A stretch of 64,000 bases of DNA, taken from the NCBI GenBank assembly GCA_965178125.1, contig OZ237738.1, positions 682,001 through 746,000 on the forward strand, given 5' to 3'. The number at the start of each line of letters is the position of its first letter. Within the stretch, counting starts at the first letter, position 1. The translations under genes were made by a program, and so were the position numbers. The notes under the pieces were generated by a model. The model saw only the letters and a program-made list of their open reading frames with translations, was not told the DNA's origin and searched no databases. Source of the DNA: Bilabrum cf. latius (Eukaryota). Below are positions 1 through 12,354 of this stretch, in pieces.

Positions 1-3000
1 GCATCTGGGGCCGGCTCCTCCCTGTCCTCACTGGACGACATCACTGCCTTGCTGGCAGATGCAGGATCTCCGCAAGGCGGCATGATCGGAAGGTCCCAGG
101 CACTTGCGGCAGCTGCACAGGCAGCAGCGCTTGGTGGCTCCGCGCGTCCTCGGCAGGTGCGTCTGTGGGACTCAACAGACGACCCGGAGGATGGTCCCGT
201 GGATTGGGACGAGGTGCCCATCATCATCGAGTCCAAGAGCAAGCAGCCGCCTCCCACTCGCAAGGCTCGTGGGTCTGGCTTTATCCCCTACGATCAGAGC
301 ATCGAGTACGGTGGTGGTCGCACGCTTCGTAGCTATCAGGTGGAGGGTCTGAACTGGTTGCTGGCTGCGTGGCATGGTCGGCGCAACGTCATCCTCGCTG
401 ATGAAATGGGCCTCGGGAAGACGGCTCAGATCATCTCGTATTTTGAGCACCTGCACCGAGCCGACGGAGTGAAGGGTCCTTTCTTGGTCATCGCTCCCCT
501 GAGCACGATTGCCCATTGGAGGCGAGAGACCGAAGCGTGGACGGATATGCAGGCTTGCGTCTACCACGGCAGCGGTGGCCTCGGCAAGACAGGTTCTGAG
601 GTCCGCGCGATGATCCGGGAATGGGAGTGGTACTATCCTGGCTACGCCAAAGAGCCGGCCGCACTTCGGTTTGACGTGCTGATCACAACGTATGAGATCG
701 CCATCCAGGACGTGGAGCACCTGGCAAACATTCCGTGGGTGGTCATGGTAGTTGACGAGGGTCACAGGCTGCGGGGAGCAAGCAGCAAGCTGAAGGAGGT
801 GCTGCAGGGACACCTCTACAACGACCGCGGTGACATTGCCGAGAAGGGCATCGAGGCAGACTTCAGGGTGCTGCTGACCGGCACGCCCCTGCAGAACAGC
901 ATGGCTGAGCTGTGGTCTCTACTGAACTTCCTTGAGCCCGATCTCTTCGACAACTTGGAACAGTTCAACGACGAGTTTGGCGAGCTGCGCACCCAGGAGC
1001 AGGTTGGCAAGCTTCAGCGCATGCTGGCGCCGCACCTCCTACGCCGAGTCAAGGAAGACGTGGAGAAGAGCATCCCCCGCAAGGAAGAAACCATCATTGA
1101 GGTGGAGCTCACCCTCGTGCAGAAACAGTACTACCGGGCTATTCTCGAGAGGAACCGTCTCTTCTTGTACCGTGGGTGTGACAAGAGCAACCTTCCGGGC
1201 CTGTCCAACATCGAGATGCAGCTAAGGAAGTGCTGCAACCACCCGTATTTGATCAACGGCGTGGAAGACAAAGACGTGATAGACTTTGAGCAAGGATTGA
1301 GGCAGCAAGTCAAGGAGCGGAAGCCGGAGCTTGAGGAATTGCGGCGCAAAGAGAAGGCGGCCGCAAGGGGCATGCCAGTGGATCTGTCAGCTGCGACCGT
1401 GGCATCTGCGTCCTCTGCAGCATCATCTTTGTCTTCCTCGTCGGCAAGCGCGTCTGCCTCTGCCACTGGTGAATCCATGGGCGGGCCAGACGCCAAGCGT
1501 GATGGCTCCGGTCATGTAGCAGAGGATGCCGATCTCTTGAGGCTCCATCGCTTGCGACGTCTGCCGGGACAGCACCGTCGCATCGAACGCATGATCGAGG
1601 CATCTGGAAAACTTGTTTTGCTGGACAAGCTCTTGCCCAAGCTCAAGGCAGAGGGCAAGAAGGTGCTCATTTTCACCCAGATGGTTCGCGTGCTCGATCT
1701 CCTGCAGGAGTACTGCCACTACCGCAAGTACAACGTGGAGAGGCTTGACGGCAATATCACAGGCAATGCGCGGCAGGCGGCCATCGACCGGTTCCAGACA
1801 CCAGGCAGCGACTCTTTCGTCTTCATCCTAAGTACTCGCGCGGGTGGGGTGGGCGTGACATTGACTGCAGCCGAGATTGTGGTAATCTTCGACAGTGATT
1901 GGAACCCACAGAATGACTCTCAGGCGCAGGCTAGGGCACACCGCATCGGACAGACGAAGGAGGTCAAGGTGTATCGGTTGCTGACCCGTGACACATACGA
2001 GGCCACCATGTTCTCCAGGGCGTCGAAGAAACTGGCGCTGGAGCGCGCCATCCTCGGGGGTGGCGGGGGCGATGACGGACTGGAGGCCGCGGGCCCAGGC
2101 AGGAAGCGCAAGTCCCGCGGAGGATACAAGCCCTCCCCTGAGGAACTGGAGCAGATGCTGCGGGAGGGCGCGTATGGAGTGCTCTCCAAGAGCGGGGACG
2201 ACGCCTCTCGCAGGTTCCAGTCGGCTTCGATCGACGAGTTGCTTAGCCGCAACACTCGCACGATCGAGGTGCAGCAGGGCACGGGGTTCCGCGGCATGAA
2301 TGTGAGCAAGGCCCAGTTCTCCATCGGGGGACATCTCACGGGTGAGGGGGAGGTGGGCAAGCTGGACATCGATGCGGACGACTTCTGGGAGAGAGTCATG
2401 CCGGGGTACTAGAACTCCAGGAAGCTGCAGGAGCGACTTCGCGCCAAGCGTGAGGACGGAACGAGGGAACTGCAAGGTGCCGACCGCGAGACCAAGACGA
2501 AGAGGGAGGAGCTGCTCAACGACATTGGGACGCTCGTGGACAACCTCGTTGAGCTTCGCAAGCAGCAGAGCAAGGACAGCGAGGGCGCCAGGACGGGTGC
2601 GCTCCACGAGACAGAGGCCGAGATTTCCCGGACCTCGACACTGCTGCACATGGTGTCTGCCATGCAGTCGGTATTTAGTGAAACAGAGAGGGCGCGCGGA
2701 GATGCGCTGCAGATCAGGCTTCTAGGCGACAGGAATCGCCGTGCGGGACGGGCCTCCTTTGGCGGAGACAAGGCGAAGCAGGACAAGGAGCGGAGGAGCG
2801 TCCGGCAGAGGGGAAGGCGTGGTAGGCGCACCCGCGCGATCAGAACGGAGGAGGAGTACGAGGACGGCGAGGACGACGACATGGCAGGGCTTGGTGCCTC
2901 TGATGAGGAAGATGACGTTGGCGATGTGCTCGAGTCATCCGACGAGTCGGTCGCACAGGCGGAAGACTCGGGAGATGAGGCGTACATCGGGTACATCCCG

Positions 3001-3537
3001 AAGGGAGCAGGCAGGGGGAGAGGACGAGGCAGGGGAAGAGGTCGTGGGCGAGGCCGAGGCAGAGGCAGGGGCAGGGGCAGGGGCAGAGGACGAGGCCGTG
3101 GTCGAGGAGGTAGAAGGCTGAGTCGACACCGCATGACCGGACCTGACGATGAAGATGCTCCCGTTCTGTCCCTGCGGGCTGAATTTGCCACTGGTGAGGA
3201 AGTTGCGAACGATGGCAACAGCAGGGAAGTCGCATCGCCTCATCGCGATGCTGGCGTAGATCATGCGATTGGGTCGAAGCGGCCGCGTGGTGAGGAAGAC
3301 GACGATGACGACGACGATGCGCTGGAAGAGGAGCTCTTGGGTGGCCTGGAAGACGACGATGACAGCGATGGCTTCCCTGCAGAGGGGCAGGCCGTGGCAA
3401 ACGGACACGGCTCAGGCTCAGGGCCTCCTAGAGCCGTCCGCATCGTGGTTGGTGCAGATGGCAAGCTCGCTGCGCAAACTGTGGGCAGCAACGGTACAAG
3501 CAACGGTACAAATGCGAACGGCGGTTCCGGTGAGTGA
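1..3537 (+). CDS. CHD-family SNF2 chromatin-remodelling ATPase (5'-partial; in-frame TAG at 2410-2412 read as Gln; TGA stop)
   Basis: Motifs LRSYQVEGLNWL, ILADEMGLGKT, VDEGHRL, LLTGTPLQN, LRKCCNHPYL, SGKLVLLDKLL, FDSDWNPQNDSQAQARAHRIGQ. Track ORFs 49..2412 and 2536..3537 are in the same frame, separated only by one TAG. C-terminal GR repeat and acidic tail. Confidence 0.93.
3009..3110 (+). repeat. (Gly-Arg)n low-complexity coding tract in the CHD C-terminus
   Basis: Degenerate GGCAGG/GGACGA hexamers translating as GRGRGRGR... Confidence 0.8.
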
Positions 3538-3640
3538 TCGACGAAAACCGCACCAGTCCGACTGTGGTGGGGTCGATCCACCCACTAATTAGATGGATTA
3601 GTATTCGAATGATTGATTATGCACAAGTTGAATTTTTGGA

Positions 3641-6600
3641 TCAGTCGCGCAATACCTTGCCGTCACTGTCAATTTCAGCCTAAACGGGTAGCCCGAATGG
3701 TCGATCTTGACGCTATAGGCCGAGCAGGTCCAAAGCCTCATCCAGCACGATTGGATCGGCGTAAGATACCGAGATGCTTCTGTCAAAGTATACATGCTGG
3801 TCCTGCGGGCCACTGTGCCGAGCCATCCAGTGGATGTGACTGGCAATGCGGAGAACGTCTCCAACAGCACAAGACCAATCCCTGCCAAGCAAGCCAGCAA
3901 TGCCATCGATCTCATCCTAGTCGTCGCGACTGCCTACGCGCGGTCGCGAAACGGCAGATCTGGGCCTCGCAGAGACCAAGCTCCCTGGATCCGATCTAAG
4001 GATGACACCAAGGTCACGAAGCGACCTAGCAGATGACCACGGTCCCAGCAATGGCATCTCGACGCGTTTCGAGAACTGGCGCAACACGCCAACACCACTC
4101 AGTAGCTCTGGTCGACTTGTGGTGGCCACGAGGAGGAACCGCCCTGCCCAGCCGGACTGACCTGCGGTGTTGTCCTGCATGCGCTTCTGACCAGCCCTGG
4201 TTGGCTGGTCGATCGACGCGAGGATCGTTGACACCGTATGCAGAGTCTGGTGGGCGGCCTGCACGGAGCCTCCACCCGCACTCACAAGCTCCAAGATCCT
4301 GTCCACGTCCTCTAGGAGCACAACAGATGCTTTGAGCCCCTCCGAGCTGGACACACTCGACATTGAGGTGGCCGGCGACGGGTCGGTCCGCCGTTTCGCC
4401 ATTGACACAATCTCGAGTAGTGCTTGGCTTCTCTGGCTCTGGGGCAACTCCAGCAGCTCGTCTGGAGTCACCACTCGAATTCTAGGTTCTTGCTTGTCTG
4501 GACTGCCCTTCCCATCCAATCGCTGTGCTACCGGTCCAGCGTGCCGCCTCCTGGCTCTGCGATCTTGGGGGGAGCCGCCCTCTGTCGCGAAGTAGTGCGC
4601 TAGCTCCGATGCGATCGCTGATTTTCCCGATCGGCGAGGCCCGTGTAGAAGCAGTGACACCCCTGCATACCCGCGCGGCTTGGGTGGTTGCCCCGAAACG
4701 TGTCCAGGCGCCAGCGTCATCTTGCGAGACCCGCCACCGGACAGAGTGTGGGTCAGGCGAGCGCCCGAGTGGTCCGGCTGCGGCTCGACGGGATGCACAC
4801 CCCACGATGACGCGACGAACTACGCGGCCTGAGCAAGCGCCCTTCTCACGGGCTTGGCTGCCAGCAGTCCGCCTGGTTGCATGTGCTTCTTGATTTCGTG
4901 CGGAGTCATCACACCACGCTCCGAACCGTCCGACTCCGTGCTGGCTTCGCGCTCGTGCTGCTGGCACTCCTCCCTCGAGTCTGCCACGGCAGCCTCAAAG
5001 TCAGACCGCGTGACAGTCAGACCACGTGTGGAGAGACCGGCCGGGGCACCGCCACCTGAGGCTGTCCTAGACGCCATGTCGATGACTCTGCGGAATGATC
5101 GTTCCATAGCTCGTCCCGATGCATCTCTCACGATGCCCGCTACGTCGGCGCCGCTGCAGCCCTCCGCGGCCCGTGCGATGGCACCCAGGTTCACGTCACT
5201 TGCCATCACACCTTGGGACTTCATTTTCTCCGTGTGCACCTCCAAGATGTCCCTGCGGCCCGCCTCGTCAGGGTACCCGATCCTGACGTGCACTTCGAAG
5301 CGGCCCGGTCGAAGCAGCGCTGGGTCAATTACGTCCTTGCGGTTGGTCAGCCCAAGCACTAGCACGTTGTCTTGCTCCGACAGCCCGTCCATCTTGGCCA
5401 GTATCTGATCAACTACGCCGTCATAGAGATGCTGGGCTGGGCTGTTCTCCTCCCCAGCACCTGACCGCCTGGTGCACAGCGCGTCCATCTCGTCGATGAT
5501 GATCACGTGAAGGCCAGACGCCTCCCCTTTGGCCGCCCACTCCTGCTCAGCAGGGGCAAACAGGGCGCGCACATTGCCTTCAGACGCGCCAACATACTTG
5601 CTTAGTATCTCTGGCCCTGCCACGAAGCGCACCGAGCTGCTCTGCAGGTAGTCGGCCAGCCGCCTAGCAAGGAGCGTCTTCCCCACTCCGGGCGGGCCGT
5701 ACAGCAGCGCGCCCTTGACGTGGCTGGCACCCATCGCTCGCAGCGTGTGCCTCGGAATGGCCCTCGAAGCAAACAGCCTCCGGAAGAGCTCGCTGATTTC
5801 CTTGTCCAGACCCCCCACGCCGAGCTCGGACCGCGCGTCAAAGTCGAACGGGTTGAAGCGAAGCTCGTACGAGACCGCTCGCTCCAGCTTCAAATTGTGA
5901 ATTCGTTTCACGGGCATGCGTGGTTCAGTGCCTGCCGCCGCTCGCTGAGCCGATGTACCGCTGCTTGGGGCGCCCTATCCCGTGCTCCGCCCCCGAGCGA
6001 TGGTGCGATCATCCACAAAGTTGGCCCGCAGGTCGTTGCCCTCTCCGAAACCAGGAGGAATGGTGCACGTGAACGTGCCCGCCACAGACCGCTCGCAACC
6101 AGTGGCCTGCTGTCCCCCAATATGCAGAGAGGAGAGCCTCACGCCCAGGGAAAACTCACCGTGCAGCCGGATCTTTGCCCCTCCCCCGGTAGGACACCGC
6201 CTGATGTCGTCGACGAATCCGATCGGAGGCTGTGGCGGCTTGTTCTTGCGGTTGGCACTCTAACCATTCCCCGATTGCTGGCCAAGCTGCTGGCCAGAGT
6301 TGGGCTGCGTGCGAGCTCCCTGGGCTGCTCTCGGTCCTTGCTGCCCTAGGGGACCCCTAGGATCCTCTAGAGCACGCATCTGCCCGTCGTGCAGCGGCAC
6401 GTCACACCCTGAGATGCCCTTCAACGAAATAGGGGTATTCTGGAGATGGTGTGGCTGGGTGCTGCTCGCCTGCGCTGGCGGGGTCTGCCGGGCGCTGTGG
6501 TCGATGGCCCCGGCGGCTGGAGCGGACTACTTGCGAGAGCTCGATGATGTGGCTGCTGATGGAGGAGACCCAAGGGGAGCGTCTGTACCGGGCCCTCCGG

Positions 6601-7327
6601 CTTCAGAGGGAGTATTTCCTTTGGAAGGGGACTGGATCGGCGGCGGAGTGACTGCTGGGGAACCCTGCGGCGTTGCGCAAGCTGCAAACGCCGCCACTTG
6701 CACCCGGTACGTGCAGATGCCCTTATCAGTCCCCTCCCGAATCTGCATGAGCCGCGGCAGCGCTGCCGACCGATCGCAGTGCACTTCCAATGTGGTCTTT
6801 CGAAACTTTGCGGTGCCAGCTGTCGTTATGCCTTGGCATCGGGACCCGTCACGGTACTCCAGCGCAAATCCAGCACCGGGCTGGCCTGGGTCCAGCAGCC
6901 GTACGCCAAGGCTCTCGGGCGAAAATTGACCCCCAGCATCCACAAAATCGGCGATAGATACGCATGAACCAATGGCAGATGAATCAGAGGGGGTATGGGG
7001 CAAAGACTTGAGGAGAGTCTACTTCGGGGACTCCCCGACAGGGCGATTCTACTTGTCGACCTTGGGCGTGCGCAGGCACGAGATCGGTGCACAAATTCCG
7101 GTCCGAAATAGAGCCCCATTCTATCCTCCGACTCTACCAGTAAGGTAGCTGCCAAGAAGACCGTTCAAGAATGGAGCTTCGTGCCCCACGGCTGACAACA
7201 GTTGTCGGATCGACTCTCCACATCGCTTGGTCGAAAACTTCCACTGGTGCTCCGGCATTCGCCGATTTGCCAATGAAACACCCGAAAGAAGCAATAAAAA
7301 AATAGTCACAGACAGCGAATGCGCCAT
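3641..7327 (-). CDS. Signal peptide + MRH (mannose-6-phosphate receptor homology)-like + IPT/TIG-like + NSF/Sec18-like double AAA+ ATPase, ~1228 aa with TAG=Gln
   Basis: Track ORFs 7121..7438, 6527..7003, 4820..5917 and 3917..4798 share one frame, with only TAG (10 counted) from ATG 7327 (MAHSLSVTIFLLLLSGVSLA) to TGA 3641. D1 has GVGGLDKEISELFRRLFASR, GPPGVGKT, IIIDEMD, TNRKDVIDPALLRPGRFEV. D2 has GPRRSGKS and LLEDVD. MRH-like segment LEYRDGSRC..RKTTLEVHCD..REGTDKGICTYRVQV..AAC. Confidence 0.8.
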
Positions 7328-7625
7328 CACTGCGTATGCGCTCCCAGAGCGTTCAAATTGTGTTGCCACGACTTTCGCAATGATGGAGAGAAGCAATTCA
7401 GATGGATCGCACCGTGACCTGTTGCTGTGGTGTTGCAAGGCCGCACAAGGGTGATGATGTGGCTGCGGCAGTTGCGGTGCACTTTGTGTTATTGATCATG
7501 CTGCAAGTGCAGCCGTCCGCAGTTGGCATGTTTGATGGGCTAACCTGGAACGGCCTGCCCCAGGTGGGCCATTCCATGGGCAAAACCGCTAATTCAACAG
7601 CAAGGGCACATGTTCGAGGCCACAT

Positions 7626-10600
7626 TCACAGACGAACAGAAGCGGCGCCTGCAATCCTGCGAAGGACTCCAACACCGAGTAGCTTATCAACTTCCTCCCC
7701 GCGATCCGTTGTATCCGCTGCCCCTGTCGCACGCTCAGATGATCCAGAAGTGGACACCGCATCGACATCTTCTGGCTGTCCCATAGACAAGCCCTTGAGC
7801 AATTTTGTCATGTCTCGCATAACTTCTGCTTGCCTTCCTATTGCGTCCTACCTATCTGTTTCGATATCATTCCTCACCTGCGCCAGCAGAGCGGAAGCAA
7901 GACCATCGAGCTCGCGCTGCTCCCTCAGCTGCAACTCCGCCTCTGCTATCTGCTTCTCTAGAGATATACACATCTCAGCTTCTTCCTGCATCGCTTTCTG
8001 CAGCAAACCAGCATCAAATTCTGGACCATCCGCTCGTAAATCCACCTGCTTGGCTGAGACAGCGAAACGATCCAACCCTGCAAGCTCATCGAGCTGCGTG
8101 CTATCCGCCTCTGATGCCGATCCGCTGCCTGCTGGTTCTGCATTCGAGGCTGATTCGGTCGGGAGAGCAGAAAGCGCAGTATGATTGGTCTGAGGTTCCA
8201 AACGGCCACTGGGGTGGTCACTGTCCAGCAAATGGTGGCGGCCCTCAGAGAATCCTGTGGCCTTCGCTGTCGACGCTGACAGCCCAAGGATCTCTGCCAG
8301 TGTAACGTCGTCCTCGGTGCGCTTAAATGTACTGCTTCCATCAGACTATACAGTCTACGATTCTTTCCTAATGTAGTGTCTGTGACCGTCGTCGATAGCC
8401 ATCATGCTGCTGCCGCCGCCTGCCGTGGCACCAGACTGTGAATCTACATCTTGCGTGCCATCCTCAGAATCAGCAGCATATGCAGCCGAGAACTCTTTAC
8501 CAAGAAGTGCTTCCTCGCTCTGAACAGGCGAACTCCTTGGTAGGCCGCTATTTGCATTTCTAGACGGACATTCGGTCGACTGCTTGGACTCTGCTAAGCT
8601 AGACCTGGGTTGTTCTATCTCCTCTGATGCTGCCAGTGGATCAGCGCCCCCCCCTGCATCCAGAGCGGAAAAAGCCATGAGCTCAGTGCCCAAATCTGGG
8701 TAGTTGTCGATTCGCTGCGGAGCACCGTCACTGCTTGTCGTTCCACCACGGGCATGCATCGCGTCTTCCCCCCCAGGACCACGCAATCTACCTCTGGATG
8801 CCGCACTGGCAGTGTCGCTGGCTACGCTAGTCGAACCACGCCCCGACGACTACTGATCCTGATCCTGATCCTACTGCTGCACCCATTGCGACAAATCCAC
8901 TAAACCTCCGTCGATTGCAGGAGATTGTGACGACGAAACTCCTGAAGGTCCTTGCCAGCTATCATGCTCCAGCTGCAGCTGCAGCTGCAGCTGCAGCTGC
9001 AGCTGCGGTGGCACCGGAACCTGCCGTTCCCTCGCTGGCCGCCCCAGGCCGCCAGGGCTTGGCATCTGCGACATCGTTGGAGAGTACAGGATGCTTTCTT
9101 GCAATGCACTTCGGGCTCTAACTCGAGACAGGGGCGCGGCAGTGCTACCTCGTCTGTATTCTGCCAGCGCCTGCTCCTGGAGCGCCTTGAGCTGCTCCTT
9201 GGAGACTGGGCTGGCAAACCCACCCGACTCGCTATAAATGAATGAGGAAGCCTCTTCTGCCTATGGTTGCTTTCCTCGCAATTGAGGCGTCCTGCTTGGG
9301 GGGCTAGGCTAGGCACTGGTGATCGGAACTCCTGACGTGTCAAGACGGGTCGGTCTCTGCGATGTAGGACCGTCATTCGAGACAGTGCCAGCATGCGCAG
9401 AGGGTGAGACCGGCTGATTGGAATGGGCGGCCCTAGAATTGGACTACCCGCCCGTAACACACTCTATTTCTGCAGTAGACTCGCCCGTAGACTCTGTGTT
9501 GCCGAGTTCAAGGCTATTGTGCCTAGCTGTTGCATGGCTCTGGCTGGTGCTGGGAGCAGCCACGATGCCATCGCCATCAGATTCCCGCGCTGCTGAATCA
9601 ATCTCGCGGCCACTGCTAGCCTCAGCGGAGCTGCTAGCATCTGTGCCTACCACCTTGACTTTCACCTCAGACTTCAGGGGCGAAGTACCTGCGGAGGGTG
9701 GCTTGACGCCCCGCAGCACAGGCCGCTTCGGTGGCGGCGGGTGCTAGAGCCGACTGCTTGCAAGCGCACTATCTTTTTCCTCTCTTAGGACAGGCTAGCT
9801 AGCCTGCTGCTTAGAAGCACCAGTAGTGTCTATCCCGTCGATCTGCCTGGCAGGAGCTATCCCGTCGATCTGCCTGGCAGGAGGCTTAGGCGGCGAGGAA
9901 GTTCTCGCTGGAGGAGGAGGCGGAGGAGGAGGCGGCGATCCTTTTTTGGCTGCTGGGGCTACTGCAGCGGCGGCTTCCACCTGCTGGCTTTCTGAATGCT
10001 CGGCATGATCGCCAGCAATCTCGCCCACATGTCCCAACGAACCTCCAGGAGATCGAATGCTCAGACCTCTTGGCGGTTCGCCCTGATCCTTCATTGGCGA
10101 CTCATGGGCATAATCGCTTGTAGAGCTGCGAATAGAAGCAGCCTACTCACTGCCAACGGCATGCTCAGCTACATGGGTGTCTCTAACCTCAGCTACAACT
10201 CCATCAATAGAGTCGTGCAAGACATCCAAAGTCTGATCTGTCAGATCAGTCTCCACATCTGGTGCTCCGGGCAGAGCCATCCTCGAAGGGGGGGGTAGAG
10301 GTACGGATTCGCTCGCTTTGACCCCATCCTAAACTCCGCCCTTGCCCTTGCCCTAGCTCTTGCTCTTGCTCTAGCTCTTGCTCTTGCCCTTGGGTCCCGG
10401 CGGGGAGGCCTTGGCGCCGGCTGCATTCCCTGTGCTCTTGCCCTTGCACTTGCTCTTGCCCTTGGGTCCCGGCGGGGAGGCCTTGGCGCCGGCTGCCTTC
10501 CCTGTGCCCTTGCTCTTGCTCTAGCTCTTGCCCTTGGGTCCCGGCGGGGAGGCCTTGGCGCCGGCTGCATTCCCTGTTCCCTTGCTCTTGCTCTAGCTCT

Positions 10601-12257
10601 TGCTCTTGGGTCCCGGCGGGGAGGCCTTGGCGCCGGCTGCATTCCCTGTGCTCTTGCCCTTGCACTTGCTCTTGCCCTTGGGTCCCGGCGGGGAGGCCTT
10701 GGCGCCGGCTGCCTTCCCTGTGCCCTTGCTCTTGCTCTAGCTCTTGCCCTTGGGTCCCGGCGGGGAGGCCTTGGCGCCGGCTGCATTCCCTGTTCCCTTG
10801 CTCTTGCTCTTGCTCTTGCTCTTGCCCTTGGGTCCCGGCGGGGAGGCCTTGGCGCCGGCTGCATTCCCTGTTCCCTTGCTCTTGCTCTTGCTCTTGCTCT
10901 TGGGTCCCGGCGGGGAGGCCTTGGCGCCGGCTGCATTCCCTGTGCCCTTGCTCTTGCTCTAGCTCTTGCTCTTGGGTCCCGGCGGGGAGGCCTTGGCGCC
11001 GGCTGCATTCCCTGTGCCCTTGCTCTTGCTCTTGCTCTTGCCCTTGGGTCCCGGCGGGGAGGCCTTGGCGCCGGCTGCATTCCCTGTTCCCTTGCTCTTG
11101 CTCTAGCTCTTGCCCTTGGGTCCCGGCGGGGAGGCCTTGGCGCCGGCTGCATTCCCTGTACCCTTGCTCTTGCTCTAGCTCTTGCCCTTGGGTCCCGGCG
11201 GGGAGGCCTTGGCGCCGGCTGCATTCCCTGTACCCTTGCTCTTGCTCTAGCTCTTGCTCTTGGGTCCCGGCGGGGAGGCCTTGGCGCCGGCTGCATTCCC
11301 TGTGCCCTTGCTCTTGCTCTAGCTCTTGCTCTTGGGTCCCGGCGGGGAGGCCTTGGCGCCGGCTGCATTCCCTGTGCCCTTGCTCTTGCTCTTGCTCTTG
11401 CCCTTGGGTCCCGGCGGGGAGGCCTTGGCGCCGGCTGCATTCCCTGTTCCCTTGCTCTTGCTCTAGCTCTTGCCCTTGGGTCCCGGCGGGGAGGCCTTGG
11501 CGCCGGCTGCATTCCCTGTACCCTTGCTCTTGCTCTAGCTCTTGCCCTTGGGTCCCGGCGGGGAGGCCTTGGCGCCGGCTGCATTCCCTGTGCCCTTGCT
11601 CTTGCTCTAGCTCTTGCCCTTGGGTCCCGGCGGGGAGGCCTTGGCGCCGGCTGCATTCCCTGTGCCCTTGCTCTTGCTCTTGCTCTTGCTCTTGCCCTTG
11701 GGTCCCGGCGGGGAGGCCTTGGCGCCGGCTGCATTCCCTGTGCCCTTGCTCTTGCTCTTGCCTTTGGGTCCCGGCGGGGCTTTGGCAGCCGGAAGTGGCA
11801 TTGGTGCTTGGGACAACCCAGACGGCACGCTATGACCCCGTGGCAGCTTGCCAGGTTTAGGTGGGGATCTGTTGGGCTATGGGGGCAGCTTCCTGCTGGA
11901 CTCTTTTCGAAGCATTGAGCTGCTTCCGGTATCTTGCCCGTCATCGATCTTCACGAGAACTCTTTTCGACGGCTTCTTCGGCTGCCGTACAGACGCCACT
12001 CGTCGCACCCGCGGCTTGGTGGTGGGCTTTGCGGACAAACTTGGGCTAGATTTCATTCTGGAGAGTGGCCGGGAAGATACGCTGCCACCAGATGCTTGCT
12101 CGGCAGCATCCAAGTACGGTTGTTTAGATTTTCTCCTCGTCTTCTTTCCAGCAATTGAGAGTGATGGAGCTGCAGCACGCGGTGGAGCTGGCAAAGTTCC
12201 CTTCTTATTTTGAGGTATAGACTAATTTGGGGGTGGTGGTATCGCTTTGCGTGGCAT
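7626..12257 (-). CDS. Large low-complexity protein (~1540 aa) with Lys/Ser/Pro tandem repeats, poly-Pro and C-terminal coiled coil; function unknown; start could be 12257, 12290 or 12302
   Basis: Track ORFs 11877..12194, 11607..11828, 9795..10094, 9444..9719, 8871..9104, 8355..8786, 7848..8231 and 7626..7820 are all in one frame. The gaps contain only TAG and the frame ends at TGA 7626. Confidence 0.75.
10339..11780 (-). repeat. Coding minisatellite, ~19 units of 72 bp (some 78 bp), peptide KASPPGPKGKS(K/Q)SKSKGTGNAAGA
   Basis: Direct tandem repeat visible in sequence. The GGC/GGA/GGT variation is synonymous (Gly) in the frame continuous with both flanking coding regions. Confidence 0.95.
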
Positions 12258-12354
12258 GCAGCCACCAATGTTGGAATGTGCAACAGCCATATCGCCGCGC
12301 ATTTTGGTTCCGCTTTTCCCTACCGTTTGCAGAGCTTGCAATTCTCAGGTGACA

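Noticed and set aside
10339-11780. CRISPR-like array
   Set aside because: No unique spacers, no cas genes, eukaryotic context; it is a coding minisatellite.
10241-11944. 567-aa Arg-Ala repeat ORF as the real gene
   Set aside because: No ATG start and not continuous with the flanking coding frame; the GGN variation is synonymous only in the KASPPGPK frame.
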